Source: Girardia tigrina | Taxonomy: Eukaryota | Length of the DNA stretch: 64,000 bases | Assembly (NCBI GenBank): GCA_001938485.1 | Contig: MQRK01238124.1 | Location: forward strand, 5,376-69,375 | Direction of reading: 5' to 3' | The notes under the pieces: model-generated | What the model saw: only the letters and a program-made list of their open reading frames with translations | What the model was told of the DNA's origin: nothing | Database searches by the model: none | Shown here: one piece after another, positions 51,401 through 64,000 of the stretch | Numbering within the stretch: the stretch's first letter is position 1 | How the letters are laid out: the number at the start of each line of letters is the position of its first letter | Translations under genes and position numbers: made by a program

Positions 51401-51886
51401 TCAGTGACTCTCTGGTTTTAAAAATAAAACTGTAACACTAATTATTCCTAAATATAATGTTTGATACCATATGACAAATTACTTGTTGATATTATAATGA
51501 GAATCCATTAATTATAATCTCACATATGAACCATTAGTAAAAATTCTATCCTCTTTTCCTCTTTTTTATTTTCCCCGAACAAACGCTAAGTAGCTCTGCT
51601 AATTTTTAATAAACATAGTATAGTATACACCAGTTTACATTTAATAATGGTTTCTAACATTAATAATGGGGCTCTATTGTAATATTGATGTTTTTATGTC
51701 AGATAATATTATATTGTCACAATGGGATATTTTATTTGATTCAAGAAGTTTAATATTTTTCAGTTTAACCACTTAACGTACGTGCCCGAACCCAGATCGA
51801 GCATTCATATTTTTAATGTTCCGCATTAATTTTGCCCTAATGGAATTCGTTGTTTGAACTAAACTGTATATGTTTACTATTGTTGT

Positions 51887-51939
<53 letters not shown>

Positions 51940-51989
51940 NNNNNNNNNNNNNNNNNNNNNNNNNNNNNNNNNNNNNNNNNNNNNNNNNN

Positions 51990-52043
<54 letters not shown>

Positions 52044-55000
52044 CATTATCTTATTATCATATCAATATTATATCAATTTTTAGCCTTTGTCAATGAGTGA
52101 TGTTGATGAAGACTAAGTAAATTTGTCAGAAAGTAGTTCGGTAGAAACCGAATCAGATGAAGATGTATCGGATACTAGCGAAGAGGAACAAGTTATGGAA
52201 GTGGAAGGCAAAGATTGCAATGTGGGATTGTGCCCTATCCCTTGTTTTGAGTTATATCACACAAGAAAATATTATTAGGATACGTTTTTCATCTATTTGT
52301 AAATTACTTTAATTTAATACCATAGTTGTAATAATTTATAGGTAAATTTGTAATAAAAAGTAAACTATATAAAAAAATTAAGTTTTTGATTTGTTTTACC
52401 TAATTCTTATGACTTTCTAATTATAAAACAATAATAAAAAATACGATTTTTTTACCATTAAATTCTAAAATTTAGGTGCTTTAAGTGGTTAAATAAAATT
52501 CATTTTTTTCTCGTCCAATAAAAAAATAATAATGTAAACATTTGATATAATTATTCTTCACAATAATGATACAATAAAAATTAATATATATTCATTTCAT
52601 TTTACATAATAACCAGCAAAAAATTTTTATACTACAATAATAAAATCAGAGATCAGAATAATCACCATTTGATACTGTGGTTGTTGTGACATGAGTTGTC
52701 TTAAGATCAGAAAAACAACAAATTGAGTAACTTCCGATACGCTAATGGTATCTGAATGTCGGATGAGTTATTTTTGAAATTATTTATTGTTTTTCTTTGA
52801 AAAATTGTTGAATTTTAAATAATAAATTGCCTTATTAGAATGATAAATGTCATTTTTAAAAATAAAAAAGGTTATTAGCGGAGGTATATTATTTGGCGTG
52901 TGTATGTACTTCTGGGTATGTTCATTTCTATACCCTTTCCAAAATATACTGGCTTTCCAAAATTTAGTGAACCCAACTATAATATATACACTCGATTTTG
53001 TTTCGTTGTGCTTGTATGTTTGTAATTATTATTTTATAATATAAATTCTCTAATTAAATGTTAAGTTGCCCTGTAAAAATGAAAATTGGTTTAGTACGAA
53101 ATATAGGGTACTTACGATATGTATATTAGGGGACGCTTATTTTTCACGGGACACCCACTCATTTAGTTACATCTGTCACAGAAGCTATTCCAAGAAAAAT
53201 TTATCTTAGTTTCACAACATTTAAAGGTCAATTCCAGCTTCACACCATATTCTGAAATGCCTTTGTTTTTATACTATTAACCTCAAGTAAATTAACTAGT
53301 AATTTAAACACAGAAAATTACATCAGAATACATAAATTTCGTAATAGGAGTGATACGCTTCTACATTACCAACTCTTTTAACACTAGTCTTTAATGTAGT
53401 GTGTATTGATGCGGACGCGTAACTTTTGTATGCATATTTAACAGTTGAAAGGTCAAAGGGAAAAGAGATTGACTAATATTTATTATTTTTAGCAAAGTAA
53501 ATTCTAATTTTCCCTTCTGTTGTCTCCCATCGAGACAGGTCCTATACATTTACATGTGTTTAAATCTTCATATGAGCTAATGGGTGAATATCCAAAGAAA
53601 TCAAGGTAGTTAATCCATTACAGGCCTGTCCAGAAAGTCTTGGCCGATTTATAGACAAGTGAAAGATAAGCATTTATTGTTATTTTCATCATCATCTTTA
53701 ATATATTCAAAGTATTGTCCATTGTGAGCTACGCACTCCTCCCACCGTTCTGGGAGTTTTCTAATTCTTTTGGTGACGAAACTTCGAGGTTTCTCTTCAA
53801 TCCAACGTTCCAACACTACTTGAACTTCCTCCGAGGACGAAAGTTATAATTTCGTCCTCGGAGGGCGGTTTTCATTGTGGAGAATATATAAAAATAGGAG
53901 GGAGCGAGGTCAGGTGAGTATAGTGTATGGGGCAATACACTGAACCCGATATCCTGCAGCTTATTTACCGTTTTGTTGGCTGTGTGGGGTCTGGCGTTAT
54001 CGTGAAGGTAAGTAATTTGTTGAGTTCCTCATCCAATAAGCCGCTTCCGCTTTTGTTGTATTGCAACAACAAGACGATTCAGCTGTTGACAGTAGGTATC
54101 CACAGTAATTGTCTGTCCATGAGGGAGAACTTCCATTAGCAATACAGCTTTGCAGTCCCAAAAAACTGAAATCATGTACTTTCTGAGTGTAAGCACACGA
54201 CGAACTTCAACGCCAAGAACGATGATGTTGCGAGTCTCCATTGTCCCAATATATCCAGGATTTATCCAAGGTTACCAGTTGTTCAAAAAAATCAAAAGCC
54301 GATTGCTTTACTAACAGCTCGTTGCATATTCTTTCTCTACTAGCCATTTGTTCAGGGGACAGTAGATGTTGGATCCATCGATTACACAGGTACCTATTCT
54401 CCATCTGAATGAGATGATCCCGAACTGTCTCCGGGGAAATTGCCAACTCAAGTGCTATCGAGCGACATGTGCCGTATTTGTAAAAATCCAGCTATAGCAA
54501 TATAGCGTCATCAATGTTCATTAACGGCCTTCCAGAGCGCTGTAGGTCTTCCACATTAAAATCGCCGTTTTTAAACGGTTTTACCCATCGACGGCAAGTG
54601 CTCTCACTAACAGGACCACTTCCAAGTGCTGCATTCATGAATATGATAAAAAAAGCTGATGATTTAAAGAAAAGAATATGATAATTTCTTTTTTCCCTTT
54701 GATTTGCTTTAATGGGGAAAAAATAATTTCAATAAAATATGTTCAATTTTCGTCAGAATATAATAATTTCTTTCTCCAAATTTTTAATTTTCGTTAACCC
54801 TTTCGCAGCTGCTGGGACACATATGTCCCAGTGAATGTTTCAAAAGGCTGTTGGGACATATATGACCCATCATAAAAGACGAATGGGATATATTTGTCCC
54901 AACCTCCCCAGCCCNCCCCCTGAATAAATTTCCAAAAAAAACTTTTAAATAATAAATTTCAGACCGGAATAAACATTATATATTTAACAAAAATTATCTA

Positions 55001-57144
55001 TAACTTAAAACGGAAAGCCGCTGCGAAAGGGTTAAACAGATTTCAATACAATACAATTCGAACACGAATTCCTATATTAAAATTTGTCTGGCGATAACTT
55101 GGCATAATACTAATGAATTTGAAATTGTGATTGATTTATTGATCACAATTTCAAATTCATAATATTGCTTATGGCAATATTGCAGAATTTATTGTTGCCA
55201 AATTATCGTTACAGGCATCAAACTAATTAAATAAAAGATAAAAATAAATCATAAAAAATAAATAATGATTGTTACAATAAAAGGAACAATGTTATTAACA
55301 AAAAAAATGTTGGGACTGACAACAAAAAAATATACATATGTACAATACACGAATATGTAGGACATCTGTAATACTCACTTAAAAAAATATACAAACTAAC
55401 GATCAATTCCAACTCCAGTAAAGTATACCAATGGGCTATACAAATTTGTTAACTGATATTTTGAAATTAGTTTCCTACAATAGGAAAAATTGATTATTTT
55501 TTAATTATATTTAACAAAATCATTCACATATGTATATGTTATGTATACTAGATACTTATAGAAAACCATCGGTCAAAACTTTCTCGACAGACCTGTATTT
55601 ATGTATGAGTAGGAAATTACTATGGAATCTTCGCACACTAGAAATTAACCGGAAATATGGCTTGTTTGACAACTATCATAATCACTATCCCTAACCAAAC
55701 TTCCATCGAAACTTAAGTAATGGCTTTCTTCTTTCACTACAAGCTAAGCTTACTGAAAAGTAAAATTTTAGAGGAGCAAGTTATTCTACTGCTGGAGTTG
55801 TCATGTATAGACAAATGCTGGTATGTCCACATGTCTGAAAAAACACGTCACAACAAGGACTGAGACCAATATTCAAGAATAAATATGGAAATCTAGAAAA
55901 AATAAATCAAGCGTTATCTGAAATCGTAGCAGAAAGAACGTCATCGTAAAAAGGTCCGAAACATCTCCTTGAGGAGTTTCTTATGTCTCAGTGGTAAAAA
56001 GAGCGTCAAAGAATAATTATGAATGGTTAACAAAGTTTTGATAAATAGACAAGAAAAGTTAGAAACAAAAGAAGAAAACGAGAGGATGTGATTTTAGAGA
56101 ACGCGCTCACACATAACAATGTAATTGTAATAAACTTTCTTTTTGTTTTATTTTGAGCTCTTAATTGAAAGAGTAATTGTTATTAAACAAAAAAACAATA
56201 TTATTAAAAATTCAATAGACGTACTTTACCTGTTGCTTGATTATTTGTTTCAATTGTTCTTTATTATACGGTTGATTAATTTCCTTTCCGACTAGAAAAT
56301 CTAAAATTTTCCCCAATGGATATGATAGAATAAACGTCAAACAGACACAAGTAATCGTTATCCCTATCGTATAATAACTGAAGACCAACCCATATCTGGC
56401 TCCGAAAGCTTGAGGTATAAGTTCTCCGAAAATAACAATTCCCACAGTGGCGATACTGATGACAACGATAGGATTGTCGAAGACGAATTTCAAGAGTATT
56501 GTCAGAGTGCTGTTTGCCAATACATTAGTAAACAATATCGAACACAACAAAATGTTTCCATGTTTTCGTATCGGGTAAATCCGTTTTGAATATTTCTTTT
56601 CAATTGCATTACCAGCCTCAATAAAAAATTTAAGCATTCCTGGCTGGAGGGTCAATAAACCAATATTCGTTGCACTACAAAACGCGGATAAAAAAGAAAA
56701 GAAAACGCAAGCTATTATAATCAGCCAAATATGTGTCACATATGAATCGTACGCTACTACACTGGTCAATACACTTGTACCTTGATGATGCCAATGACCG
56801 GCACAAAATAAACAGAAATACAACATCGATGTGCTATTGATTTCGTTGATCGTAAATTCCGACTTAAATGATAAAATTGGTCGTAATTGTATGACGCTTG
56901 TAGCTTTGGTAAAATTGTCCAGACATAGATCATTGGTCAGTGGTGTATTCAGGGTAAGGAACCCTTCGGAACAAGTATCGATCTCATTGCCGAATAACGT
57001 TAATGTCGTTTCTTTACCATTCGGTAAAAGTAAAATGTCGTTTTCTCGGTTTACAGTGTCCGTGTTAACATTTATCCCAATTAAAATTGCCGATTCATAA
57101 CTCGCTAATAAACTCCAAATCATTAATGCCAATAATAAATTCAT
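42480..57144 (-). CDS. CNNM: CNNM/cyclin M family metal (Mg2+) transporter, multi-exon
   Basis: Exons 57144-56230, 48132-47775, 45826-45683, 45632-45504 (or 45510), 42768-42681, 42637-42480, all GT-AG and phase-compatible. Domains: signal peptide, DUF21 (GNILLCSIL, IFGELIPQA), CBS pair (VMTP, GFTRIPIY, ITLEDVIEEII), CNBH (LILQGKV.V). Terminal exons (~42000-42330) unresolved. Confidence 0.93.
43300..43943 (+). mobile_element. Gypsy 3' end with purine tract and family-A LTR (43523-43943)
   Basis: DGRTLIRNVEWLKPFK pol tail, GAGGGTGA, then TGTGAAGAATA...TTCCTAATA. Confidence 0.65.
44494..44844 (+). mobile_element. Non-autonomous Helitron
   Basis: 3' GC hairpin GGCCGCGAAGCGGGCC then CTAG|T; 5' CTATTATTTATAATAAAAG followed by CACT/CTGC short repeats. 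Confidence 0.75.
45683..45826 (-). CDS. CNNM: CNNM exon 3
   Basis: GKAHIAF..GDPY..IGLITLEDVIEEIIQDEIVDETD; not in the ORF track. Confidence 0.92.
47775..48132 (-). CDS. CNNM: CNNM exon 2 (CBS domains)
   Basis: TTTTAG|GAAAAG acceptor; EMEIISSALTL..VMTP..LNEFKQG. Confidence 0.93.
48250..50557 (-). mobile_element. Tigger/pogo element (decayed) in CNNM intron 1
   Basis: RRELTLAEK HTH, LYKW..R..NLPI, FNMDETGL, AWMT, IQTFKSHYRK; imperfect CAG..GAAC(C/T)TCT TIRs, TA TSD. Confidence 0.93.
51769..52488 (+). mobile_element. Internally deleted piggyBac
   Basis: TTAA-CCACTTAA...TTAAGTGG-TTAA; acidic N-terminus joined to cysteine-rich tail DCNVGLCPIPCFELYH; internal (TA)n. Confidence 0.88.
53621..55595 (-). 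mobile_element. Decayed mariner with nested MITE
   Basis: ~30-bp TIRs CAGGCCTGTCCAGAAAGT/ACTTTCTCGACAGACCTG, TA TSD; LVTLDKSW, HDNARPH, YSPDLAPS. Confidence 0.92.
54798..55031. mobile_element. piggyBac-type MITE
   Basis: Perfect TIR CCCTTTCGCAGC, TTAA TSD, three GGGAC..ATGTCCC-like palindromic subterminal repeats. Confidence 0.93.
56230..57144 (-). CDS. CNNM: CNNM exon 1 (signal peptide, extracellular and DUF21 domains)
   Basis: 305 codons, donor CAG|GTAAAG. Confidence 0.93.
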
Positions 57145-57699
57145 AAAAAAAATAATTCGATAAAAATTGATTATATCTATATGCAAATATATACACACCT
57201 GTTTAAATTATACAGTGCTTTTCATTTAACAACAGCAGAATACGAAATTCTAACCTTAATAAAATGGATTGAATTTAATTATCCAAGTAAATAATAGTTG
57301 AAGGTCTTTTAACAATTGCATTTATAGTGTCATTCCCGATGATTTAGAGAATAGTCTCATTAATTAAAAGAATGTATATTAATTGAATCCACCTCACAAA
57401 AGTATAGCTAATCACAGATAGGAATAATCAAAATAATTTCATTTAATAAAAGAATGTCCAATGATTAAAAGAATTTTATATAGAAGCATATATACTGCAT
57501 GAAGAAATAACTTTACACACTAACAAATTAACGAATCATGTAGAACTTCGTGTTGAAATGTTTAAAAGCAATTTCATTTAATAAAAGAATAATTAAGATT
57601 AATTAATTAAAAAAATAATGAGTTATACACAAAATTTCTCCGATATCTCCAGTGCAGATGAAAATGTAGCACCAAATATTGAAGAAAGGTAAGGGTCTA

Positions 57700-58510
57700 T
57701 TTTTACTGACACTCATAACCACAGTCGTATTTTACCCTATTTTTTAAGAACTATTTCGAAAATTCTTTGTCCCTTCTGAGATTGAAAGTAATGTTTTCTA
57801 TTCCGAACATTAAATCCTGTTTCATCGATAAATATATACATTCTTGAACGCTAATTTTCCTTTATGAGCCGTTGAACATATTGCCTGCGGATCTCCTTTA
57901 TCATGGCACTGTTGCATTCTTGTACACAGTATCAGATTTTCTTGACAAAAATAAAATTTCAATTTAACCCTAATGAGGCCGAAACTATTTCCTTGAGAAA
58001 AAATGAATTTTTATATTAATTCTGTAATGAACGTGTGTAAACAGAGTAAAGATAAACATAATAAACTGATGAGTTCAAACTCATGACTCATATATACAAA
58101 GACTATTGCACCAAATGCCGCCTGTTGCTGAGTCGTCAAATTGATGTAAAAAAATATTTGAGCAGTGTTCTTTTAAAAGGACGGTGGCCCCATTCGGGTT
58201 AAATAACTGCCCATAGAGGATATTGAAACTGATATTCCAGAAAAGTTAGCATTTCTGATAATGTTGCTTCTGTACACTGTTAGAGAAAATTTAAAATTTC
58301 ATTATATATGTATATTCTTTCGTGGCTTCCGATTTTTCAAACTGACATGTGGTCATCTTTATCGGAAAATAATTCATTTCATTGTGCAAAGGCCAATTCT
58401 CATCTGGTAGACTAAACTATTATAGTCTTCATCCTTTTCCTTGGCCTGAATAATTCTCTTTTTGTCGGTGGCAGAAATTATATATGATTTGGTAATTATA
58501 AGTATTGACT
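57700..58510 (-). mobile_element. Tc1/IS630-like (DDE_3) transposase relic
   Basis: YIFIDETGFN..R....S.KGQR; HTH NATLSEM; split by a piggyBac MITE. Confidence 0.7.
57968..58198. mobile_element. piggyBac-type MITE
   Basis: CCCTAATGAGGCC/GGCCCCATTCGGG TIRs, TTAA TSD. Confidence 0.85.
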
Positions 58511-58939
58511 TAAAATATCTACTTATTACGACGATTTCGACAGGGTTTATGTATTCAGAATCGTTTGAACTACTTTTATGAATAAAAACTGATAATTTTA
58601 ATGAAAATAAATTATTTAAGTGTAGGATTCCACATCTATAGGGGTGTTTGTAAAATGGGTTTTGAAAATTTTTGAAATTAATTTTGATTGAATTTTTTGA
58701 TTTAACAAAACAAAGTTTTAAATAGTTAAAAAATTATGATTTAGAAGAAAATTGAGTACAGAAAGATTTTTATTAAATTGTAAATTCGAAATTACCTGAA
58801 AAATAAATTTTGTTTGTTGACGATAATTTTCGTTAGAATATGATTTATAATTGTAAAATCAGAAGAAATAATCATTACAAAAATATATTTAGAAAGACAT
58901 AATAACTAATAATTATTTAAACAACCATTTATTTTCTAA

Positions 58940-60530
58940 ATTTCCACTCCTCGTCGTTGTGCGAATGGACAAATTCTTGTAGCCATTCAATTCGTCGTGG
59001 CTTTAAAGTGTTTCCCATTTTCAACATCGCTTGGTGAGGAGTAAGAAACTTTACAATCCGGGCCTTCGTATCTAATTCCTTCTTTCTGACATTTGTATGG
59101 ATCTTCCTTCATGAGTATTTCCTCCCCCACATTGAAAACTCAACGACTCCGCTTTTTTTCATCTTGTATTTGATAACTTTTAAATGTAATCATAGTTCCC
59201 CAGTTTCTTTCCAAAAAGTATTTCATATGGACTTATACCAACTACGCTCTGCTAAGTCATATTCAAAAAAAATTACACCTTTGGAAGTAAATCTTCCCAA
59301 TACAATTACGATTTCTGACGTTTTAAAATAATTGCCAACATATCTAAAACCGAAAGAATAGTACGCTCAGCTAATCCATTAGATTGATGCTGGTATGGAG
59401 AAGAAAATTATTTCTGAATGCCAAATTTTTGACACATATGTCTCAATTTGGTTCCTTCAAATGTTTTATCCCTGTCCGACAAGAAGGATATTGGTTTCCC
59501 ATACCGATATATCCAACCACTCAGAATTGCTCTAGTTATTGTCTTCTCTGCTTGACTTTTTAAGGCTATCAGGACGATGACTTTACTGAACCTGTCAATT
59601 AATATTAACTTGTATTTTTTGAATTCCATTTTATTTTCACCTTACATTTTTCGATACACATTTCATCTGTTGGTGAAAAAAACATCCATTAATCTCACAT
59701 TCGATGACAACAGTTTTGGAGACTCAATCTTCTTCAGAAATGCAACAGCCATTACTAATACTGATGCCCCCGAATCCCACAACATTTCTACTTCAATATA
59801 ATTACATCTCAATATACTCCACTATCTTCTGTCTAACTTCTGATATATCTTCTGTTTCATCTTCTTATTTCTATCTCTAGAGTTTATATCCTTAACTGAC
59901 GCAACCCAACCGAGGAGATAAGTACAATGGACTGCCTTGCATTTTTATACTTTATTCTTCATGACATTTTCATAATCTTTAACTTCAAAAGAAATCTTAC
60001 CGTCTTCAAAGTCTTCTGAATTTCCTTCTTCCTCTTAGATACATAACACTGGTTTGGCTGTTCGTTTGTGTCCATTTACTGATGGACACTCACGGAATCT
60101 GTGACCTTCTTTACCATAAATCAAGCTGCAGCAGTTCAATGGACAATCTTTTCTTCGATGTTTCTCCACAGAAAAAACATTGTCTTGGTTAGAGAGTTCA
60201 AATTCAATTGGCGGTTTACCCCACAACTTTTAACAAAATCTTTTTGCTTTTGTTTTCATCGATTAAGTTGCAAATTTCCGCTCTTCATTTAACTTTTCAA
60301 ATTGACCGCTTTGTATTCTTTTCTTCATATCTCTCTTAACTTAGGATGCATTATAATTTTGATAACCGTGATTCAGTATAGGCCTGGGTCATCTTTGAAA
60401 TGGTTTTTTTCTACGGTCGCATATATTGGATGACGTTGTTTTATTGAGTCAACCAGTTTGTTTTGGTGTTAAACTTTCCAAAGCTGTTACCGATTCTCGA
60501 CTTCTTTCATTTGGCATTTTTGGCTCCAAG
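58940..60530 (-). mobile_element. Deleted Ty3/Gypsy relic (gag zinc knuckles, protease, integrase; no RT seen)
   Basis: HRRKDCP/GHRFRECP, LWDSGA, LIDRFSK..SD..SPYQHQSNGLAERT. Confidence 0.85.
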
Positions 60531-60541
60531 ATAAGAATTAA

Positions 60542-60772
60542 CCCCTTGTCGGTGTATTTTTTTTATTGATCGGTCAAAAATTGACTACTTTTTAAACATG
60601 TCTATTTTACTTCTTGGAATTTAAATAGATGCACGCATTCATTTATTTTAATCGCTGACAATCATATTAGATAAATAATCGTTGAAATATGATACCCTGT
60701 GAATACACGGGATTTGTGTGCCGTGGTCCTTCTAGTGAACCCCGTGTATACATGGGATAAACCGGTAAGGGG
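60542..60772. mobile_element. piggyBac-type MITE
   Basis: CCCCTTGTCGGT/ACCGGTAAGGGG TIRs, TTAA TSD. Confidence 0.85.
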
Positions 60773-61255
60773 TTAACTGAATTCTGTTGAAAATACCATA
60801 TTTAATGAATAATTGCAAAATTAATTTGAAATTAGAAAGGTATATTTTTCTGCATTACAAATTATATATTATATACCAAATATAACACATTATATTTAAA
60901 ATAATTTTTATTTGATTGAAAGATGATTACAACTGCTCATCAAGCAAAAAAAACATAAACACCTATTTTCTTTTTAACAGAATTTCATTCAACGTATTCT
61001 CACTGTAACTTTCAACAGAAATATTTGTTGTTCACTACAGTAATTTTTCTATCAAAAGATTTGTTCTTATTAGTCGTAAATATTCAAAGAAAGTACAACA
61101 ACAATTCTTGTACACAATAAAATGAATCGATAAATTAGCTTTTAATACACACGACTTTCATTCAAACAATTGGCAGCAAGTATGTCTGACTTCTGATTTG
61201 ATAAACCTCTTCTATACTCTCCATTGTTAATTAATTTAGAATAAGAAAATTGCAG

Positions 61256-63302
61256 ATGTCGGGCTTGAAGCTTTTGGTGTTTTTATCGTCGGTCCGGGAG
61301 AACAGAAATGCCGATCGAGTTTCCAAACTGATTTCGCGATTGGCGAGTGAAAAGGGATTCGTGGTTGATATTATGGGTAAAGATTTGGTTCTTAATTTAA
61401 ACAATAATTATTTTATGTTTATATTATATTTTAAAATATTTAAATATCATTTTTATATCTTATAGTATAACATTTTCATATTTATATTTATTTTGAACAA
61501 AATAAATCACAATTCGTACAAGCACTTTTCAAAACTGAGGTTTTTATTTTATATGATTGTATTAATGAGATCACTAAAATGATTTCCAATATTTTTATTG
61601 ACATCACGACTCGAATAGACTAAAATGACAATTCTCCACAAAACTTTCGTAGTTAGACTTCGTTTTGATTGATTAATTATTAATTCTATTTATAAACTTC
61701 TAATTATTCAAACAAATTTAAATTACGATTCCTTTCTAAATTATTTTAAAATTATTTCAATTCATTTTAAATACAATATTTATGAATAAATAAATCTTTA
61801 CGTTTTAATCCACTATTAAAATATTTTAAATAATTTTTAAATAGATTAAAAATGTATTGATTAAAATAATTTTATATTTTTATTGATTTAAATATATTAA
61901 TTTAATTTTAAAGTTGCTATCTCCTCAAATTATTAATTCTGACTTATTATTAATTCTTATTTATTTATTTCAGACTTAGTATTGCATAGCAAAACTAAAA
62001 GATCAATTTTTAAAATTTTTAAATTCATATTTATTATTATTTATCCACATTATAATGACGACTTGGGGAAATTTTGATTCCATTTTTAACTGTTTTTCCT
62101 TTTTATTATTTTCATTTTTTTTCTTTCTACTGTACTTCTTTTAAATAACCCGTAAAAAATAATAAATAGCATAAAAACACATAAAAATTGGTAGTACAAA
62201 TAAAATCAAAAAGCGACTAAAAAATAAATGATTGACGGTAAAATAGAAGTAATACAAAAGTTAAATAACTTCGCATGGGTACAGAGCCGTAGTAAGGAAA
62301 AATTGCGCCCTGTGCGAAGTTCAAATCTGGCGCCCCCAGCGCGAAAAAGATTCATTACTACAAATTATGCCTTACAAGAATTAAATTGACTTTGGACATT
62401 TCTATTCACATGCTCTATGACGCAGCATTGATGCTTAAGCCTTGCATCGCCTAGCTATAAGAAAACATCAATTTATTCGGATAAATTCATGGATGCTTTG
62501 CCATTAAACAAAAAAGACTACTATAATTATTATTATAAAGTGATTAGCCTACAGAGATCTGATCAGTCAAAATTGGTCATTTTGCGATTTTGGCGCCCAT
62601 GCCACACCGCTCGCACCGCCCTCACTACGGCTCTGCATGGGTACAAACCACGATATAAATACTAATAAAAAATTAATGGTGATATATTTATACATTATTT
62701 GCGACTGTGTATGTTGAGTAAATCTTTTACATGATGATGAAGTGTTGCTACATTAACAATAATAATAATAATAATTATCATATACTTTTTGTAATGATGT
62801 AATTTATTTTCTAGATCCATTAAAAGAAAACTTACCATTATTGAAAACCCCGTTGCATTTCTATCCCGATCAAAGTAAAGCACCGCAACAGTTACATGTG
62901 TTAAATCAGAAAATAATATTTTCCGACGCATATTTGTTTATCACCGCAGAGTATAATGCCGGTGTTCCGCCAGCCTTACTGAATTTACTGGACCATTTCC
63001 CGCCGACAAGTTTTTCGTTCAAACCATCAGGAATCGTTACGTATTCGGCTGGCCATGGTGGTATTTTCGCGAGTTCTCATCTTGAGAATACGCTTACTTA
63101 TCTCGGCTGCATGGTTCAGCCGTTTGTTGTCAATATCGCAACGGTCCAAAATGCAATAAGTGCGGAAGGTGATCCCATCGGTACTCACCTCGAGGAGAAT
63201 ATTAAAATCCTACTCGATCAAATAGAGTTCACGGGAGTTGCTCTGAAAAACCAAAAACAGTCAGGAAAACTAAAGCAACCGAGACTGAACAGTATGTTTT
63301 GA
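61256..63302 (+). CDS. NADPH-dependent FMN reductase / quinone-azoreductase family flavoprotein, 2 coding exons, ~202 aa
   Basis: Exons 61256-61376 and 62815-63302, phase-1 GT-AG intron giving IMDPLK; motifs SSVRENRNA, TAEYN..PPAL.N.LD, KPSGIVTYS.G.GG. Confidence 0.92.
62282..62635 (+). mobile_element. hAT-type MITE in the FMN reductase intron
   Basis: Perfect TIR CAGAGCCGTAGT, 8-bp TSD CATGGGTA. Confidence 0.93.
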
Positions 63303-63955
63303 AAACATCAAAAGTTCACACTTACATCTTGTTATTTGTGACAATTTTATGAATTGCAATTTTGTTCATTTATAATATTAATCTGTTAGTACAAATATCA
63401 ATAGCACTTAATTATTAAAGTTTATTTTTCTTTTCAAAAAAATATACTTCTCTTATACAAAATTAGTGAATCTTTTTTGAGCATGATGATATACGGTATA
63501 TTGAGTATTTAAACATGTGTATCGCACTTGGGATTGTAAGTTGTCACACTCGAATGAGATCTTTTCTCGTGCTATTTTAGTAAAATACAATAAATATAAA
63601 AAAAGATTTTTGAAAATCACGTTTATGTTGGAAATAAAAAGACGAAAATAATTTTTTCCAATATAAGAAAACAACAGGAATTTATTTGCTTATAACTAAA
63701 AATGTAGGGCAAATCTCACTGACTTATTTATAGGGACATCCTTAGGAAGATTGTTATATGCAATAAGCCACTCCAATGTTTGGTATAAATCTGCGTTGTT
63801 CATCTGATAATCACTGGATGTGTCGGATTTGGAACTTAAATTAAGCTTGCAGATACTTTTAAAACTTGTAAATTTTAAAAAAAAACAATGAACTAGTTAA
63901 CAGCGTCGTGAATCTGAAAGTTATTTTTATTTCGTTTTGTTGGAATTTTATCATA

Positions 63956-64000
63956 TCGGGTTGGACAAAAATGTCATTGCGTTTTTGAGTACGTTCTAAT
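63956..64000 (+). mobile_element. Left TIR of a third copy of the 36795 mariner family
   Basis: TA-TCGGGTTGGACAAAAATGTCATTGCGTTTTTGAGTACG. Confidence 0.85.

Noticed and set aside
53828-53864. 15-bp perfect hairpin as a terminator
   Set aside because: Lies within mariner coding sequence in a eukaryote; no U-tract
56831-57100. Plus-strand 89-aa ORF
   Set aside because: Antisense shadow of CNNM exon 1; the same applies to antisense ORFs over the Gypsy, mariner and Tigger relics
58065-58090. CTGATGAG hammerhead core
   Set aside because: No GAAA after the stem; TGAGTTCAAACTCA is a subterminal palindrome of the piggyBac MITE

Overview
AT-rich eukaryotic (probably invertebrate metazoan) scaffold with N-gaps, densely filled with decayed and nested transposable elements. 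No prokaryotic operons, CRISPR arrays or rRNA/tRNA genes were seen. Two host genes reconstruct by hand with GT-AG introns. One is a CNNM-family metal transporter on the minus strand (ATG 57144, at least 6 exons down to ~42480). The other is a two-exon NADPH-dependent FMN reductase on the plus strand (61256-63302). A third, un-called micro-exon gene with a signal peptide starts at 22433 (minus). TE content: RTE-like LINE, several Ty3/Gypsy-type elements and solo LTRs, Penelope ends carrying minimal hammerhead ribozymes, mariner/Tc1/Tigger, piggyBac and hAT MITEs, a non-autonomous Helitron, and a Polinton/adintovirus capsid-protease relic. Broken host-gene pieces (CARS1, UFL1, others) lie among or inside the retroelements. 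The most striking signal is in two diverged short-LTR retrotransposons. Their primer-binding sites lack the canonical TGG and are instead complementary to the FIRST 12 nt of a tRNA (exact match to tRNA-Lys(UUU) in one), suggesting priming by a very short 5' tRNA fragment. All family calls come from motif recognition by eye; no database searches were run.
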